Shown in pieces: positions 49,394 to 63,684 of a DNA stretch of 64,000 nt. The translations under genes and the position numbers were made by a program. The notes beneath the pieces are model-generated. The model saw only the letters and a list, made by a program, of their open reading frames with translations. It did not search any database and was not told the origin of the DNA. The DNA lies in NCBI GenBank assembly GCA_030704615.1, contig CM060734.1, forward strand, positions 20,522,001 to 20,586,000. Direction: 5' to 3'. The DNA is from Takakia lepidozioides. Its lineage: Eukaryota > Plantae > Bryophyta. The number at the start of each line of letters is the position of its first letter. Position 1 is the stretch's first letter.

Positions 49394-49606
49394 TGTACTT
49401 TGGACGTAGGCCAATGCCGAAGGGGAGGAAGCAGATGCGTCTTTAGAATGAGATTGCCATCTCGCAGCAGCAGGCCACGCAGGCAACCCAGCCACCAGTG
49501 AGAGCTCCGTGCTATCGGGATGCGCGCAGCTGATTGAGCACCGAAACCCCCCTCATTTTTCTTGTGCAATTCTTAGACTGTATGCTAGGAGACTTGAATG
49601 CAGAAG

Positions 49607-52600
49607 ATGTTTGCATGCCTAACTGGAAAGGTGGAGGTGCTGGAGGGATCGCAGGAATCCGAAGAGCCGTAGGAAGAGTCCGTGGAGCTAGTTGCAGCAC
49701 GCACACCTAGCCGATCCACGAGCACAAGTCTTCCTGCCGGGCCTAGCCCTATGCGTTTCAAGGACGCGGCTTGGAAGGGCAAGTCTTTGCAGTTCAAAGC
49801 CCCAGAGAGCGACTCGCGCTCGAAGGTCATGGAGAATTGCCAACAGGGGTCGGGCCTTTCTCCAGCAAAGACGAAGAAGAAGCAGCCCGTCCTTCAACTG
49901 GTTTCTGAACCGGACCGGGCCGTTTCCCCCCCACCCAAGTGAATGAAGCAGAAGGGTACAGGGCATATTCAAATGCAGCAGACACCTTCACCTGCAAGAA
50001 TGAGGAAGCAGAAGGCAATCAGGGGGAGGGCGGAGCAGTCTCCCACAAAACCGATTCCACGAGCTGAAGCCCAATTCCTGCTTGATTTCCAGCCTGGTGA
50101 TGTTGGGGGCGTCTCTGCTGCAGCGAAGGCAATGGGATTGACCGATTTCGTCGATCTGTCAGCAGAGGAGGGTGCTGCTGCTCAACGTTCGCAGCAAGAC
50201 CTGACCACCGTTGAGGAAGATCTTCAGAATACTGCAGGCCCGGAGGAGGCCTCTACAATGGCAGAATTGCCCGCAAAGATTCCCCAGAGTGCAGCTCTAG
50301 TTGGGGATGCTCTAGCTGCTCAGCCCTTACTGCCACCTGCAGAAATGTCTCCGGAGGAATTCCAAAGTGCAGCGGATACAATGTTGGAGGAGACACACAG
50401 TAGCATTGGCAAAGTTCTAGGCAGCAGGGTATTCCAGCGGACTCTTCGAATCCCACTCTGTCGCATGGTCTCCCTTCCCATCGTCAGGCAGGCACTTCCC
50501 GGAGATGTGGATAAGCTCAAGTTCGCATTTCGAGAAGGGTACCGTCTAGGTTCGCCAGCCTTCTACGTTTCCATTGAGAATGAGGACGGCGAAACTCGTG
50601 GACCCACTGCGGATGAATTGTCAGCATGGGATACCCACTGGCACACTCGCAACGACAAATTCGAGGCAACGCTGAAGGGTGAATCAGACTTCGGCCATAT
50701 GTCGGGTAAAATGTTCTTTGTGTGGGACGGGAATCACCGACTTCTTGCCTGGTGGGAGTACATCAAGCAAAACCATGCCAAGCATATTGGCTGACATTAC
50801 ATGGTGGAGTGTGTCATCCTCAAGGTGAAGGCGGCAGACTCCTCCCTGCTCAAGAATGCCATGGCGGACCTCAACTTGTAAGATACTCATACCCTCCCAA
50901 GCACGTTCGAAATGCGGTGCCACATTTCGGTTTCCAATCTGTTTCGTTTCCGTGCTTCCGTGGACTGAACTGGAGAGTGTGCCTTGCAGGGTCACTGAAA
51001 ATGCGTACGTGCATACCCACATGGCACATATGCTGTACAGGGTGAGGAAAACTGGTCTCACTGATCTGCACATGTTTGCGGAAATGCTGGAGCCCGAGCT
51101 CATTCAGAAAGCCGTGGCAAAAACAGACCGGACATGATATCGTCTCACTATGGATGGAATGGTGGAGGTGATATACGAAGTAAGTCGTCCTCCCATTTCC
51201 CTCTGCTCATCCTTCCCCAATTTTCAGTAATCTTTCCACATGAATCGAATGTAACACCTCTGCATGTTTTTGTTGGCAGTCAAACATCAAGCTGGATTTG
51301 GCCCATGCCAAACGCTTCTTCATGAAAAGTGAGGGGCAGGTCAAAACGTTGCAGTCATTGACTGAGCACTTGAAGGAAGCCAGGGTCAAATCCAGAACCA
51401 AATACAAGTCAAAGCTTGTGAAGCTGGTGGCCATTGCAGATCCGGCACTTGGAAAGGACTTCATCCTCGAGATTGCAAAACACTATTCTCGGGCCATGCA
51501 GCCGACCATGCAGTTGGAGAAACTGCATCACCTCTCAACGACATGTGTTGAGGCGAAAGAGAAGGTGAGGTTTCATTACACTGAAGTTCCTTCCTAGCAA
51601 TAGCCACTCGGCTTCCTGCTCCTGACATTGGATCGGAAATGGCAGACACGGTGGCTGTCGATCTGGAATGCATCGGAGAGTATAAGGACAATGTGGTCTT
51701 TTCCACTCGAAGTTTCCGACCCTGCAGTGGATGTGTGGCTCAACCGCTTGACTTGGTGGTTCCAGGTAATTCAAGGTATTTCCCCCCTTTTTGCTTTTCT
51801 GAAATGAATTCCGTAAACTGCTACGTGACAACACATGTAGGAATCGCAGATAATGACGAATGCGAAGGAGCAAGTCGTAATGCATACAAATTCGTTCGGC
51901 TTGTACGTCAAATGGGATAGAACACAGACATTGGAAGACTACGTGACACGTTTTAGATGTGCGTACAAGGACAACCTCTTCGCCAGGGAGCTGCAGACAG
52001 CAAGAAAGAGCGTGGAGTTTATACATCAGGAGGGAGCGGGAAAAGCTGCAATGCGAATTGTTTACAGGTGAAGCCCAGCTGCCCTTGTATGCGAAGCTTG
52101 GTTATGAGGTTTGTCTGGGAAATGCGGCACCGCATTCACATTTTATGTTTTTGGTTGCACTCTGCGAATACGTTGGTCTCAACTTCTGCTCACGCATGCT
52201 GACTGCCCTGCAGGTATATGAAATACGTGCTTCTTTAGACAGGGGCCCTGGCTCAAGAGCCCCCGTTCTTCATGGCTTGGACCGTGGCGGGCCCAAGCTG
52301 TGTCTACACACCCGATATGCAGAAACAATGGCATGCCGCGCATCTTGTTGGATGCCCGTGGTACCTGGACATGTCTGGCGGAATTGTTGACAAGTCTGAG
52401 AAAGATCTGCACGCGAAAGCAAAAGAGAAGAGAAAGGAAAGACGTGTCCCTGCTGGGCCAGAGTCGGCAAAGGAAGCTGCTACTCTGGAACAATCCAGAA
52501 AGGCAGCTGAGATGGCACAGAAGACGGTAGATACAGCTGTGCAGGCTCAACAAAAGGGGTCGAAGAAGAAGACTCGCCAGCAAGGAGCAGCAGTTGTGAC

Positions 52601-53480
52601 ACGGAAGAAGACAAAGAAGCAGAAACAGATAGAGCAGGAAGAGGGTGACGAAGAGGACTCCGATGGAGACTTTGCAACCAGCCCACCCCCCAAAACGCAG
52701 CCAAAATCCCCTGTGCCCACCGTTGTCACGAAAGGGACGAGAACAGGCTTGGCAAAGAAGGCACTCTTCAACCCCCCGGGGGGGCACCCTTTCGAGCCGA
52801 TGGAAATTAAGAGCCCGATACAGTAGTCCAATGTGTCAATGAGAGTTTCTTGGCGGCTTTGGATGGACGGGCAGCCAAGTTGACATACATCAAGACCATG
52901 GAGGGTCTGAAGGGCAGAGCACTGAAGAAGGCGGCTGCCAAAGAGCCTTCCGACACCCCTGGGTTTCTGAAGATGGTCTCGTTCTTTGAGAGGGTGTGTG
53001 CAGACAATGATTGTAGGAGGGGCGAAAAAGCCACCGAGTGGTCTTGCGATATGATCATCTTGGATATTCCGGACGGAGAGCCTGTGGAAGGACTGGAAGC
53101 TTTGCCATCTTGGAACAGGTACTCCGAGGACTTTTGGAAGAAAGGATTTGGGCTCGCCCGCATGGTGTTGGACGACAGAGGCTGTGTGTTTGTCCTGGCG
53201 AGCAGAGGCAAAAACACGCAGACAGGAATTGCGAAGTGAACCCGCAAGAGCGCCGTCCAAATTCTGAAGAAGAAGTGGACGTGCATCAACACATGGGGCC
53301 TTCGGTCGGAAGGGAAGAAGGTAATTACGACATTGACACTCGTCCTTTCATTTTGTTAGGTGTTTTGAAATGCGGTGCCGCATTCGATTTCTAATCGTTC
53401 CCCACTGTGTATGCAGACGAAGCAGTTCGATGCATACTGCTTTGTGAAGGAGAACTCCACCTTTGCTTTCCGGAAGGATG
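49607..53480 (+). pseudogene. Multi-exon pseudogene: ParB/Srx-like domain plus C-terminal beta-class N4C/N6A methyltransferase-like domain; cut by a retroelement at 53481
   Basis: FFVWDGNHRL at ~50711-50743; CDMIILDIPDG...FW..GF..ARMVLDDRGCVFVL at ~53045-53200; GT-AG introns near 50878-50989, 51179-51278, 51565-51840, 52109-52213, 53321-53416; several in-frame stops. Confidence 0.6.
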
Positions 53481-54458
53481 TGTCATGCACCTAAGCATCG
53501 TGCCACAACATACATCGCTGTCCAACCACACTTCCTCAGGGTCTTCAGACACTCCGTCTACAGTCATCCCTGTTGTAGGTCCAACCTGACCTCCCGATGC
53601 CAAGATACACAAAAAAGCAGATGCATGCCATCCCGGCACCATCTTCTCATCCGTCTCACCATGCCACCGAGCTCCAGTGTCATCATGCTGGCTCGTGCAT
53701 GGATTGCGAATCAATCCATCCGCATCCCTATTGACCAAACCCGGTCGATGCACAACCTGAAAGTCATACTCCTGGAGTATAAGTGCCCACCGTGCAAGCT
53801 TCCCCGTAAGCTTGTCTGACTCCATCAACACTTGAGTGGCTGGTGATCCGTGACAAGGGTGAAGAGATTACCGTATAGATAGCACCTGAAGTGTGCCATG
53901 GCCCACACTACAGCTAAGCACTCCCCCTCATATGAGCTATACTTAGACTCTACAGCGTTGTTCGAGCGGCTAGCATAAGCCACTACGAACTCTCTTCCCT
54001 CATCATCCACCTGTGTGAGCACCGCTCCAAGCCCCAGCATGCTCCAATCTGTATGCAGCTGAAAGGGACGCCCCCTTATAAGTCGTCTCAAGATGGGCGC
54101 CGAGGTCAACCTCACCTTGAGCTCCTAAAAAGCTCGCTCTTGCTCATCTTTCCACTGCCACTCCTAGTCTACCTTGGTCAGCTTGGTTAGAGCCTTTGCA
54201 ATAGCACTAAATCCCTTGACAAACCGTCTATAGTAGTTCGCCAACCCCATGAAAGCTCGAACTCGGCTCACATCCGTGGGGCGTGGAATCTGTGCAATGG
54301 CCTCTACCTTAGTCTGCTGCATCCCCCATCCTCCAGGATATATCATGTGGCCTAGATATTCAATCTAGTTGTGGAAGAACTTGCACTTCCCCGGATGTAA
54401 TTTCAATCCGTGCGCTCTCAAGCACTCATCCCCCAGAATGTCGTCTTCTGCTTGTCCG
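53481..54458 (-). mobile_element. DNMT-Gypsy family fragment E: terminal part of repeat B joined by deletion to RT/RNase H sequence
   Basis: 53481-53536 matches B at 54459-54514; 53537-54458 encodes RNase H/RT (FQLHTDWS, LVTDHQPL, IYPGG). Confidence 0.85.
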
Positions 54459-54844
54459 TGTCGTGCACCTAAGCATCGTGCCACAACATACATCGCTGTC
54501 CAACCACACTTCCTAGCATATAGTCCTAGAAAACCACGCCACAATGATACAGAAATGGTGAAAAGAGGAGAAACCACTCTATCACGTTATATAAATCAAG
54601 CCAATGGCACCTTTGCTAAAGGACTCCACCATACAGACCTCACCCACTCTCCATCTCAAGTACTAGAGCTATGGCGGCGAGAGAGGCCTCGGGAAGCTCG
54701 ACTAGAAGAAGACGAGCCTGCCTACGTCTCACGTGGAGATAACCTCCCCACGTCCCAAGTGAGGTTCGCCACTATCCGTGGCATTGAAGCCCCACTAGCT
54801 AGACCTTGGGTCACTTGTCCGCCTCACCATTGTCATGCCCACTA

Positions 54845-55021
<177 letters not shown>

Positions 55022-57544
55022 TTAGGATCTATCCTCCCATCCACATGTGGAAGGTGACATGGCGCACAATTGCGCACATGGTCCTTCCATACCATGCCAT
55101 CTCGACCCTCCTGAATCAACACTCCTGAAGGCAACACCTCCCTGACCCTTAGAATCACACGTCCTGCTGTGACATCCAAGGTCGTAGGCGTTGTCTGCTG
55201 CAGATACACATAGTCCCCAGGGTGGAAACGCCGAACACTTGGCCGATATCCCCCTCCACGTATAGTGACGTACCTCAATGTGTCTCAGTGTTGGGCAATA
55301 GCAAGGTTCTCAAAAGCCATAGGCATGACTCTCTTGAACAACTCTGCCCGCTGGGCACATGCTTGTGTCCACACATCCGGATCATCAAGGTTGAGAACTA
55401 TTGCAGCCTCCCTGCGAATAGCCGGCTCTCGGCCGAAGAGAAGAAAGTAAGGTGAGAAGGAGGCAAGTGAAGCTTGTTTGCTGAACCTATAGCCTATAGC
55501 TAGCCAAGGCAGTTGCAAGTCCCAATCTCCTAGGTGTCCCTTCTGCAAACCGTACTTGCGCAAACCTCTCTTGACTGTCTGAACAACTCTCTCCGCCAAG
55601 CCATCAGCCTCAGGATGATCCCGAGAAGTAGTGCGGTGATCTATCAAGGCTTGCTCACACAAAGCCTGAAACTCCCCCAAGAACTCTCTCCCCTGGTCCG
55701 TGAGTACCTCGGCTGGAGCACCAAAATGGCTAAGCACTCGATCTAAGAATGCATACGCAGCCCTCCCCAGGCAATGCCACCAGATCCATTTGGAGAAGTG
55801 TTTCCACCACAGCACATACTTGTTATGGCGAATCGTCAGTGGCAATGGGCCTGAAGTCAAGACTGATAGCCCAAACCCATAATGGGTAAAGGATGCAATT
55901 GTGGAGTAGGAGCGTTGAAAGAAGCCACTCTATCACACACCACCTTGCCACTAACTGTTGCACATCTGTGTGCATGCCCCGCCACCAATACTGCCCTTGC
56001 AGCAAACTATGAGTGCGCCGCACCCAAAATGTCCCAACTCCTCATGGGCATGGCGTACCAATCGCACTTGTTGTGTTGGATGAGGCACAATCCTCACTCG
56101 TCCATCCTCCCATACCCGGAGTAGATGAGTCCCCTCCCACTTGAACCTCTTGGCTCGTTGTAGGACCCGATCTCTCTCCTTAGCAGTCACACTAGCTGCT
56201 GTCTCTCCGGTACGAAGATATGCCACTCATGCACATCCTTAGCACCACCAAACTCCTCACTAGTCTCTGGATTGTCATGCACGCTATCTACATGACCATG
56301 ATCCCTTGTTTAGAATGCACAAAAAGGCGATGCATGTCATCCTGGCACCATCTCCTCATCCGTCTCACCATGCCACCGAGCTCCAGTATCATCATGCTCG
56401 CTCGTGCATGGATTACGACTCAATCCATCTGCATCCCGATTGACAATATCGGCTCGATGCACCACCTGGAAGTCGTACTCTTGAAGCATAAGTGCCCACC
56501 GTGCAAGCTTCCCTGTAAGCTTTTGACTCCATCAACCACTTCAATGGTTGGTGATCCGTGACAAGGGTGAAGAGATTGCCATAGAGGTAGCATCTGAAAT
56601 GTGCCACTACCCATACTGCAGCTAGACACTCCCCTTCATAGGAACTATACTTCGCCTCGACATCATTATTCGAGCGGCTAGCATATGCCACTACGAACTC
56701 CCTTCCTTCATCATCCACCTGTGTGAGCACTGCTCCAATCCCTAGCATACTCTAATCCGTATGTAGCTGGAAAGACCGCCCCCGAATAGGCCGCCTCAGA
56801 ATAGGTGCAAAAGTCAATCGAGCCTTGAGTTCCTCAAAGGCTTCCTCCTGCTCCTCCTCCCACTGCCACTTGACCCACCTTGGTCCAAGCCTTTGCAATG
56901 TTGCTAAATCCCTTGACAAACCGTCAATAGTAGTTTGCCAATCCCATGAAAGCACGAACTCTGCTCACATCCATGGGGCGTGGAATGCATGCAATGGCCT
57001 CCACCTATGTTTATTGAACACCCAATCCTCCAGGGTATATCATGGCCCAAATACTCAATCTGATTGTGGAAGAACTTGCACTTTCCGGGGTGCAGTTTGA
57101 ACCCGTGCGCTCTCAAACGCTCAAACACCACCTGAAAGTGTCTCTCATGCTTAACCATAGCACTAAAGACAATAATGTCATCAATATAGCACCGGGCGAA
57201 GTCTAGCCCCGCAAGAATCCTATCCATGACCCTCTGAAACTCTGCAGGAGCATTCTTCAACCCAAAGAACCGCCATTGGTACAAACAATCCTTCCCATGT
57301 TGGTCAATCCCCCATAATATTGTCTTTTGTTTGTCAGCCTCTTTGATTGGCAACTGGTGGTAACCAGATCGCAAGTCCAATGTGCTAAACACCTTTGCAT
57401 GCCAAATGACATCAAAAATCTCCTTTGGAGTTGGCATGGCATATCTATCGGACTTAGTCTGACGGTTCATAGGACGATAGTCCCCACACATCCTTCTTTC
57501 TGTCCAATTGCCATAGGCTGGCATCACCGTTGCCGAGGCATACT

Positions 57545-58230
57545 AGAGGTGGACGGTCATCATGTCGCACCCTCTGTGGTTGTCTCCCTTGGTCCAAAAT
57601 GCCCTCAACCGTGAGATTGGGTGGCCGATGAATGGAATCGTATGCTCTCTTGAGCAGCTTTGGTGGTGCAAGATTGGTTCACCACAATCAAGGTCGATGC
57701 GCGCGTGATCCCACCACTGCTGCATCAATAGCACCGCCGATCCAATCCAAGACCGCACCTGATGCACACTGGCCATAACCCTGGCCCGAGAATCCCCCAT
57801 AAGAGGAACATTCTCTAAGATGTAGCCTAGAGGTTGCACTTGCCTCGTCTGCAAGTCCCGCAACACTCGCAACATCTCCCAAAACAAATGCGATCGTGCA
57901 TCATGCAAGCCATTCCCATGACCTGCGGGAGAGTGTGGCAAGCCATCCGGTTATCACCAAGTCAATGGAACCATGCCGCTGCAAATCATCCGCCCCCAGC
58001 AAGGTAATGTCTGCTGGCAAGGCCTTTTGATACCCTTGAACTGCTGAGAGAGGCAACAACTCAGGATACCGGTGTGCCCCCGGTGTGTGAGCAAGGCAAT
58101 GTGGCGCATGGAAATACCCTGAGCAATCTCATCCTTCTCCACATACAAGTACTTGCGTACTTTAATCCCTGCTTGCAACACTCCTGCAAGCCCAGTGCTC
58201 ATGCCTCCAAACAGGTCTAGCAAACAAATC
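57545..58230 (-). pseudogene. Truncated DNMT3-like domain of copy D
   Basis: GICLLDLFGGMSTG, YLYVEKD, LFWEMLRVL, YILENV, SRAHRP; motif IV disrupted and C-terminus deleted. Confidence 0.85.
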
Positions 58231-61200
58231 CCTGAGTCAGGTGGTTGCCAGGTAATGGGCACTGTGTCCAAAGGAGCTAACTCAGGAGGTCCAGGTGATG
58301 TCACTGAACTCCCCTCACTCACCAATGGAAAGGCCTCCCGCCATGCTTGGTGCACACACTCGCCTGCTACTCGATGCAAATTCCCAACCGTACCCCACAG
58401 TGGAATATGCACAGGCACATGAGGAAGCAAATCAGCCTTGTATGCCAATTGTTTGTCCTCATCAGGTGATGGCCTATCATCTGCATGGCTATTGCCCTCC
58501 AAGAGCTCACCACCCCAAGCCACCACCCGTGAGAATGCAGCCAATGTGGGCATCATGTTCCTATGATCCACCGCTACATTCCCAATAAACCGCACTGGGA
58601 GCAGTGCACGTCGACCATCTCCTGACTGCCATTCCGGCCTGTAGGATGCCGTTTCCTCCCAAAAGTCCAAAGTAAAACCCATGGGCTATAACACAGCCCC
58701 ACCAACAAGCACATCATAAGACATCGCGTCCGTAACAATGGCTTTAGCTCTCATGACTGAGCCGTCCGTAGGATGGTCCGGCTGCAATCGAATGAAGAGC
58801 TCATGGCGTGTAATCCCTCGTGCCTTCTCTGAACCGCCCAAAGATGTTTGAATTTGGAAAGGACAAGGCTCCAAATCCGCCTCTGTAAGGCCTAAGCCTG
58901 CAATTGCTGCTCTTCCCAACATCAATGGCTGTGCTCCCGAGTCCAACAAGACCCGCAGTGGCCTATACCTCTTCCCGGCTGGGCCACCCAACTGAAACAC
59001 ACCATCCTGATTGTCCACCAGGACTACCCAGGAGTCACCATACTACGCTCAATGGCTGGTCTAGCTGACAACTCCTGCAACCTTGCAGCTGCCGCTTGCC
59101 ATGGTGCAGCTGTGGCTGTCTTCACCCTTGAGTCCATGACATCCATGCACTGCACATTATCCGCTATCCCCGCAGATAGTGCCGATGCATCACCACTCTC
59201 ACAGAGTCTAGCTGCTAGTCTGAACACAGCAGCTGGCCGAATCCCCGGCATTGCAATGGTCATCGCAGAAAACAATGGAGCTTGGCAAACCGCCGTAGCC
59301 GCCCCCAACAATGTACTGGCTGCACCCTGCTTTGCAGCACCACCCACTGGCATTTCCCGAGCCACACCAACTCCCCACTGGTACTCGTGGCTCTACCTCT
59401 GACACACTTGGGGTGAGCGGGTACCATCGATGGCGTAGTTGGCACTGTCTCAGCCAATGTGAAAAACTGTGGAAGCCTTGTCTGTCGACTTGCTTCCCCT
59501 CTTTGTGGATCAAAATCCACATCTGCTCCTCTTGGCTCAGGAGCACGCGTTTGCTCGAGTGACAGCAGCTGCAGAGTCCACATGCAATGGTCCAGCAAGT
59601 GCGGCTCCACACATGAAGCCCATACCAATCTGGTCTTCCCTAGGCATAGAGGTTGTGCAGGTGGGGCTTGAACCTCAGGCCTTGGAGCTGACGCACATTA
59701 GTAGTGGCCATGGCAGCAAGACGTTGCTCTAGTTGGGCAAGCCTATCCACCATGCCTTGGTCATGACCTTGACCTTGACCTTGTGCTCTTGGTTTTGTTA
59801 CGACCTCCACCGCGACCTCTGCCTCCTCTACCTCTCTGGACTACATTGCCTCGTCCTCGGCCACCATTGTTCCCTTGGAACTGGCCTGGCCGTAGCTCAG
59901 GATGCAAGTCATAACAATGGGCCTCTTCATGCCCATACTTGCCACAATGCCCACACTGTAGTTGTGTAGGCTGTGCTGTGCCGGCCCTTTGCTCTCTCCG
60001 GGCAATCTCTCTTAACATGGGGTCCTCCACAATCCCAACATGTCACACCCGACTGTTGTTGGCCTGAGAATGAAGGAAGTGACCTCTGCAATTGAGATCC
60101 TCTCTGTCCTTCCCTGGGCTTCGCCTGAGCCCCCTTGTTGCCTTGAGCACGTTGGGGTAGTGGTTGTTGTTGGCTAGGAGCCCCACTTCGTTGTGTCTCC
60201 TTACCAAACCCCACCATGACCACTCGCTCCTCCACCATATTGAGCTCTATCCGCTCTGCCAGCAAAAACACGTTTGCTAAGGTGGGTTGGTCTACTTGTA
60301 GGAGAGTTGCATCCTGCACCCTTCTCCTTAGCTCCTTGTCCAATATCCCATACCAGAATTGGACTGCTTGAGCTTCCGTAACCCTTGGGTTACATTTATC
60401 AATCGCCTCATGTGCGTGTAAGCCTCTCTCAAACTCTCAGTAGGCTTGCGCTGGAACTCTTGCAAGCTCCGCAATTTCTCCGTCCTTATTCCCTGGTAGT
60501 TTCTCCTCAACTCCTCGAAGAACTCCACAACTGGGTTAAAGGCAGGCACGGGTGTTGGTGCTACAGCAGGAGCTTGAGTGGATTTCCCAGCTCCATCTTT
60601 ACTTGTCCTACTACTAGTGCTTGCAGTTGGGGATGTTGGTGTAGCTGCTGGTATCGCCGCTGCCCTTGTGCCTCTAGTGATGGAGACATAGTCAGGTGAC
60701 CAATATTGTCGTCACTCCTCAATCTCCACCTCATTTCCCCGCCTAAACTCATGGTAGTCATCCATAGGCGGCCCCTCAAGGTGCTGAAACAGCCCTTCCA
60801 CGCCATAAAAGGCGTAAACAGTTGTGGATTGCGCATCTGCTGCAAATCACACCAACTATCAAACTCTGTATGAAATCATCAAGCTCGATGGTGCCCACAG
60901 CTCCGAGTACCGACGTGGCCCTTTGGTAGCTCCATACATTTCCTCCATCGTATCCCACAACAATGGCACGGAAATGGCTTGCACCCTCGGCGAGAATCCT
61001 CCTAACTCTGAGTCTGAACCTTCCTCAGAAGACACTGAAGGTGAAGGTGGCCTAAACCGCACACCTCGTCTTGTATACCCACTAGTATCGCTGGTGCTCG
61101 TACCGGCACTCTCCTCAGCAACTGGTGGCACCTCCGTGATGAAAACTCACACTCAAACCGGCTATCAACTCGTCTCTAATCCCCTTTCCACAAGGTAACC

Positions 61201-61985
61201 GGTAGAGAACCTGTTGCGGCTTATGGTTTGGAATACTAGGTTCATATTCTGAACCTGCACCTGCACCTGCATCCACCGCAGGCACTCCTATGGTCTGCTG
61301 GTCATCAACCCAGCCTCACCATAAGAGAAACAATGATGGTCTGCTGGTCATCACCCAGCCTCACCACCGACAGCACGCTCTAGGATTGGCCGGCCACAAT
61401 ATTTCCGGCACAACCACTATAAAAGCAAGCGCCCAAACCAAACTAGCATGGCGCACAGTCAAGCATGCATGTGTGGGAGGAGGATCCAAACACAGGAAAC
61501 TCAAACAACAACACCTCCCACAACTTAAATCCATCGATCCTTGCGGCTTCAATAAACCTGCAAGATGCCAAGTCTCTATCCAAACCAGCTCTGCCTCCGC
61601 TTACGGAAAAGCTTTGGCCTACAAGAATGATGGAAGACTATAGAGAAGAGAAGCTAAAGCAATCTCTAAGCCCAGAATGCTCTCATCCCATTACTCCCCC
61701 TATCTTCACACTCACTCTTGCTTAAGCAATAGATAAGACTATCCTTAAATAACCTCTCAAATAACTCTCAAGAGCCCTCAAATTATTGCCATGAACTTCT
61801 GAAATCTGCCCTCAATCACCCCTAACATAGACCCACCGAGGTTCAAGAAGTTCGCAAACTTGGACTCTAAACAGTCCACCAAAAGGCCCTAGGCGCCCGC
61901 CAATTAGTGGCCTCCATGGTCTCCAACCAGCCCTCACAATGGCTCCACAAGCCTGCCCAATATGGCCTCCAAGAGTCCTCCAAAC

Positions 61986-62161
61986 CCCTTAAGAAGCTCC
62001 TCAAATCTGCCAAGTATTGGTCTCCAAGGACCTCCAACAGTCCTCCAACAACCCTTAAGAAGCTCCTCAAATCTGCCAAGTATTGGCCTCCAAGGACCTC
62101 CAACAGCCCTTAAAAAGCTCCTCAAATCTGCCAAGTATTTGCCCCCAAGGACCTCCAATAG
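61986..62161 (+). repeat. Three ~55-66-bp tandem repeats in the leader of copy D
   Basis: cccttaagaagctcctcaaatctgccaagtattggcctccaaggacctccaacag x3. Confidence 0.9.
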
Positions 62162-62461
62162 TCCCCCAAAGAGCTTAGAAAACTCCATAAGCCTGCCCAA
62201 TATGGGCCTCCAAGGACTCCAATCGTCTCCAACCAGCCCTCACAAGGCTCCACATGCCTGCCAAACATTGGCCTCAAAGAACCCCAAATAGTCCTTCAAA
62301 CAACCCCAAGCAGGCTCCACAAGCCTGCAAGATATTGGCTTCAATAGACCCCAAATAGTCCTCAAACAGGCCCCAATACCTGCAAGATATTGGCCTCAAT
62401 AGACCCCAAATAGTCCTCAAAGCAGGCCCCATAAGGCTCCAAAAATATCCATAGTCAGTCG

Positions 62462-62850
62462 ATTTTCATCCGTCACTGACCAAATTTCATCCAAAACCGC
62501 GATTTCTCATCCGCAGGTCCGATACTTCATCGATAGTTCATCCGTCGGTGCGATATTTCATCCACTGGCGATTTCATCCGCTGGCGCAGTTTCATCCGTC
62601 GCCGCAATTTTTCATCCGATGGCACGATAGTTCATCCGCTGCCACGATTTCATCCGCTGACGCAGTTTCATCCGTTTTTCATCCGATAGCGCGATAGTTC
62701 ACACGATTTCATCCGCTGACGCAGTTTCATCCGTTGCCGCAATTTTTCATCCGATAGCGCGATAGTTCATCCGCTGATGCAGTTTCATCCACTGCAACCG
62801 ATTTTCATCCAAGAATGCCGATTCTCATCCACTGGCTCAATAGTTCATCC
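62462..62850 (+). repeat. TTCATCCG-core minisatellite in the leader of copy D
   Basis: Roughly 20 ttcatcc(g/a) cores with variable spacers. Confidence 0.88.
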
Positions 62851-63684
62851 GATTGGACAATGGTGGTGCTCCCAACTCTGGGGCAATGTTCCCAATGCGT
62901 TCCCACGAGTTCCCAAGGAGTTCCCAAACGTTCTCACGCGTTCCCAAGCTAGGGTTTGCGCTGCTTTGCCTCTGCGATTGCTGCAACGAGCTATGGCTTC
63001 TATGGAGCAACCAGAGGTGCTCTTCTTGAGCATCAATAGACCACCAAGAGTGCCTCTAACTCCCTGAGCAAGCTATTTGCCACACAACAAGCTCTCTTTC
63101 TCTATAGAACTTATTGAAACAAGCATAGAACAAGCTATTGAGCTTTCTATGGCATACCCTCTTCTAGCCATCGCATGCACTCATAGTGCTTCCTTCCATG
63201 GCCATAGTGCACCTCTTAGAGCTCATAATCCAGCCCTGCACTTGCCACTTCCATAGACATGCTCTTCCCAAGCTTGGGATTGAAACCCCAACTCAAAGCA
63301 TGCTCTACAAATACACTATTCTGCCCCAAAGAGAAATCAGATGTCTACCTCCACTCATAGCTCTCCTAAGCTTGAAGTTGAAGACTCCCACAAGCTGAAA
63401 CCATGCTCCACACATGCACCGCTTGCTCCCTTAACACCCGAGCTCTTCTTGAACTCCTCAAACCCTGCAACACTTGCAGAACAAGAGCTTCTTCACAAGC
63501 TCTCAAACTTTTCAATGGGGCTTTCCTTGAAGACCTCCTCTTGTACATAAACACCACAAGCTTTCTTCTTGCAAACCCTGCAACACCTTGTATCTTAAGA
63601 GCTATCTATCAAGCTCTCTTCCACACACAAGTGCTAACTATGCTAACACCTTGCACTCATAGATGTAAGCAGGTCTTCTTCTAG

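Noticed and set aside
62462-62850. Short repeats with variable spacers that resemble a CRISPR array
   Set aside because: Cores are only ~8 bp, spacers are short and related to each other, there are no cas genes and the context is a eukaryotic retrotransposon leader.
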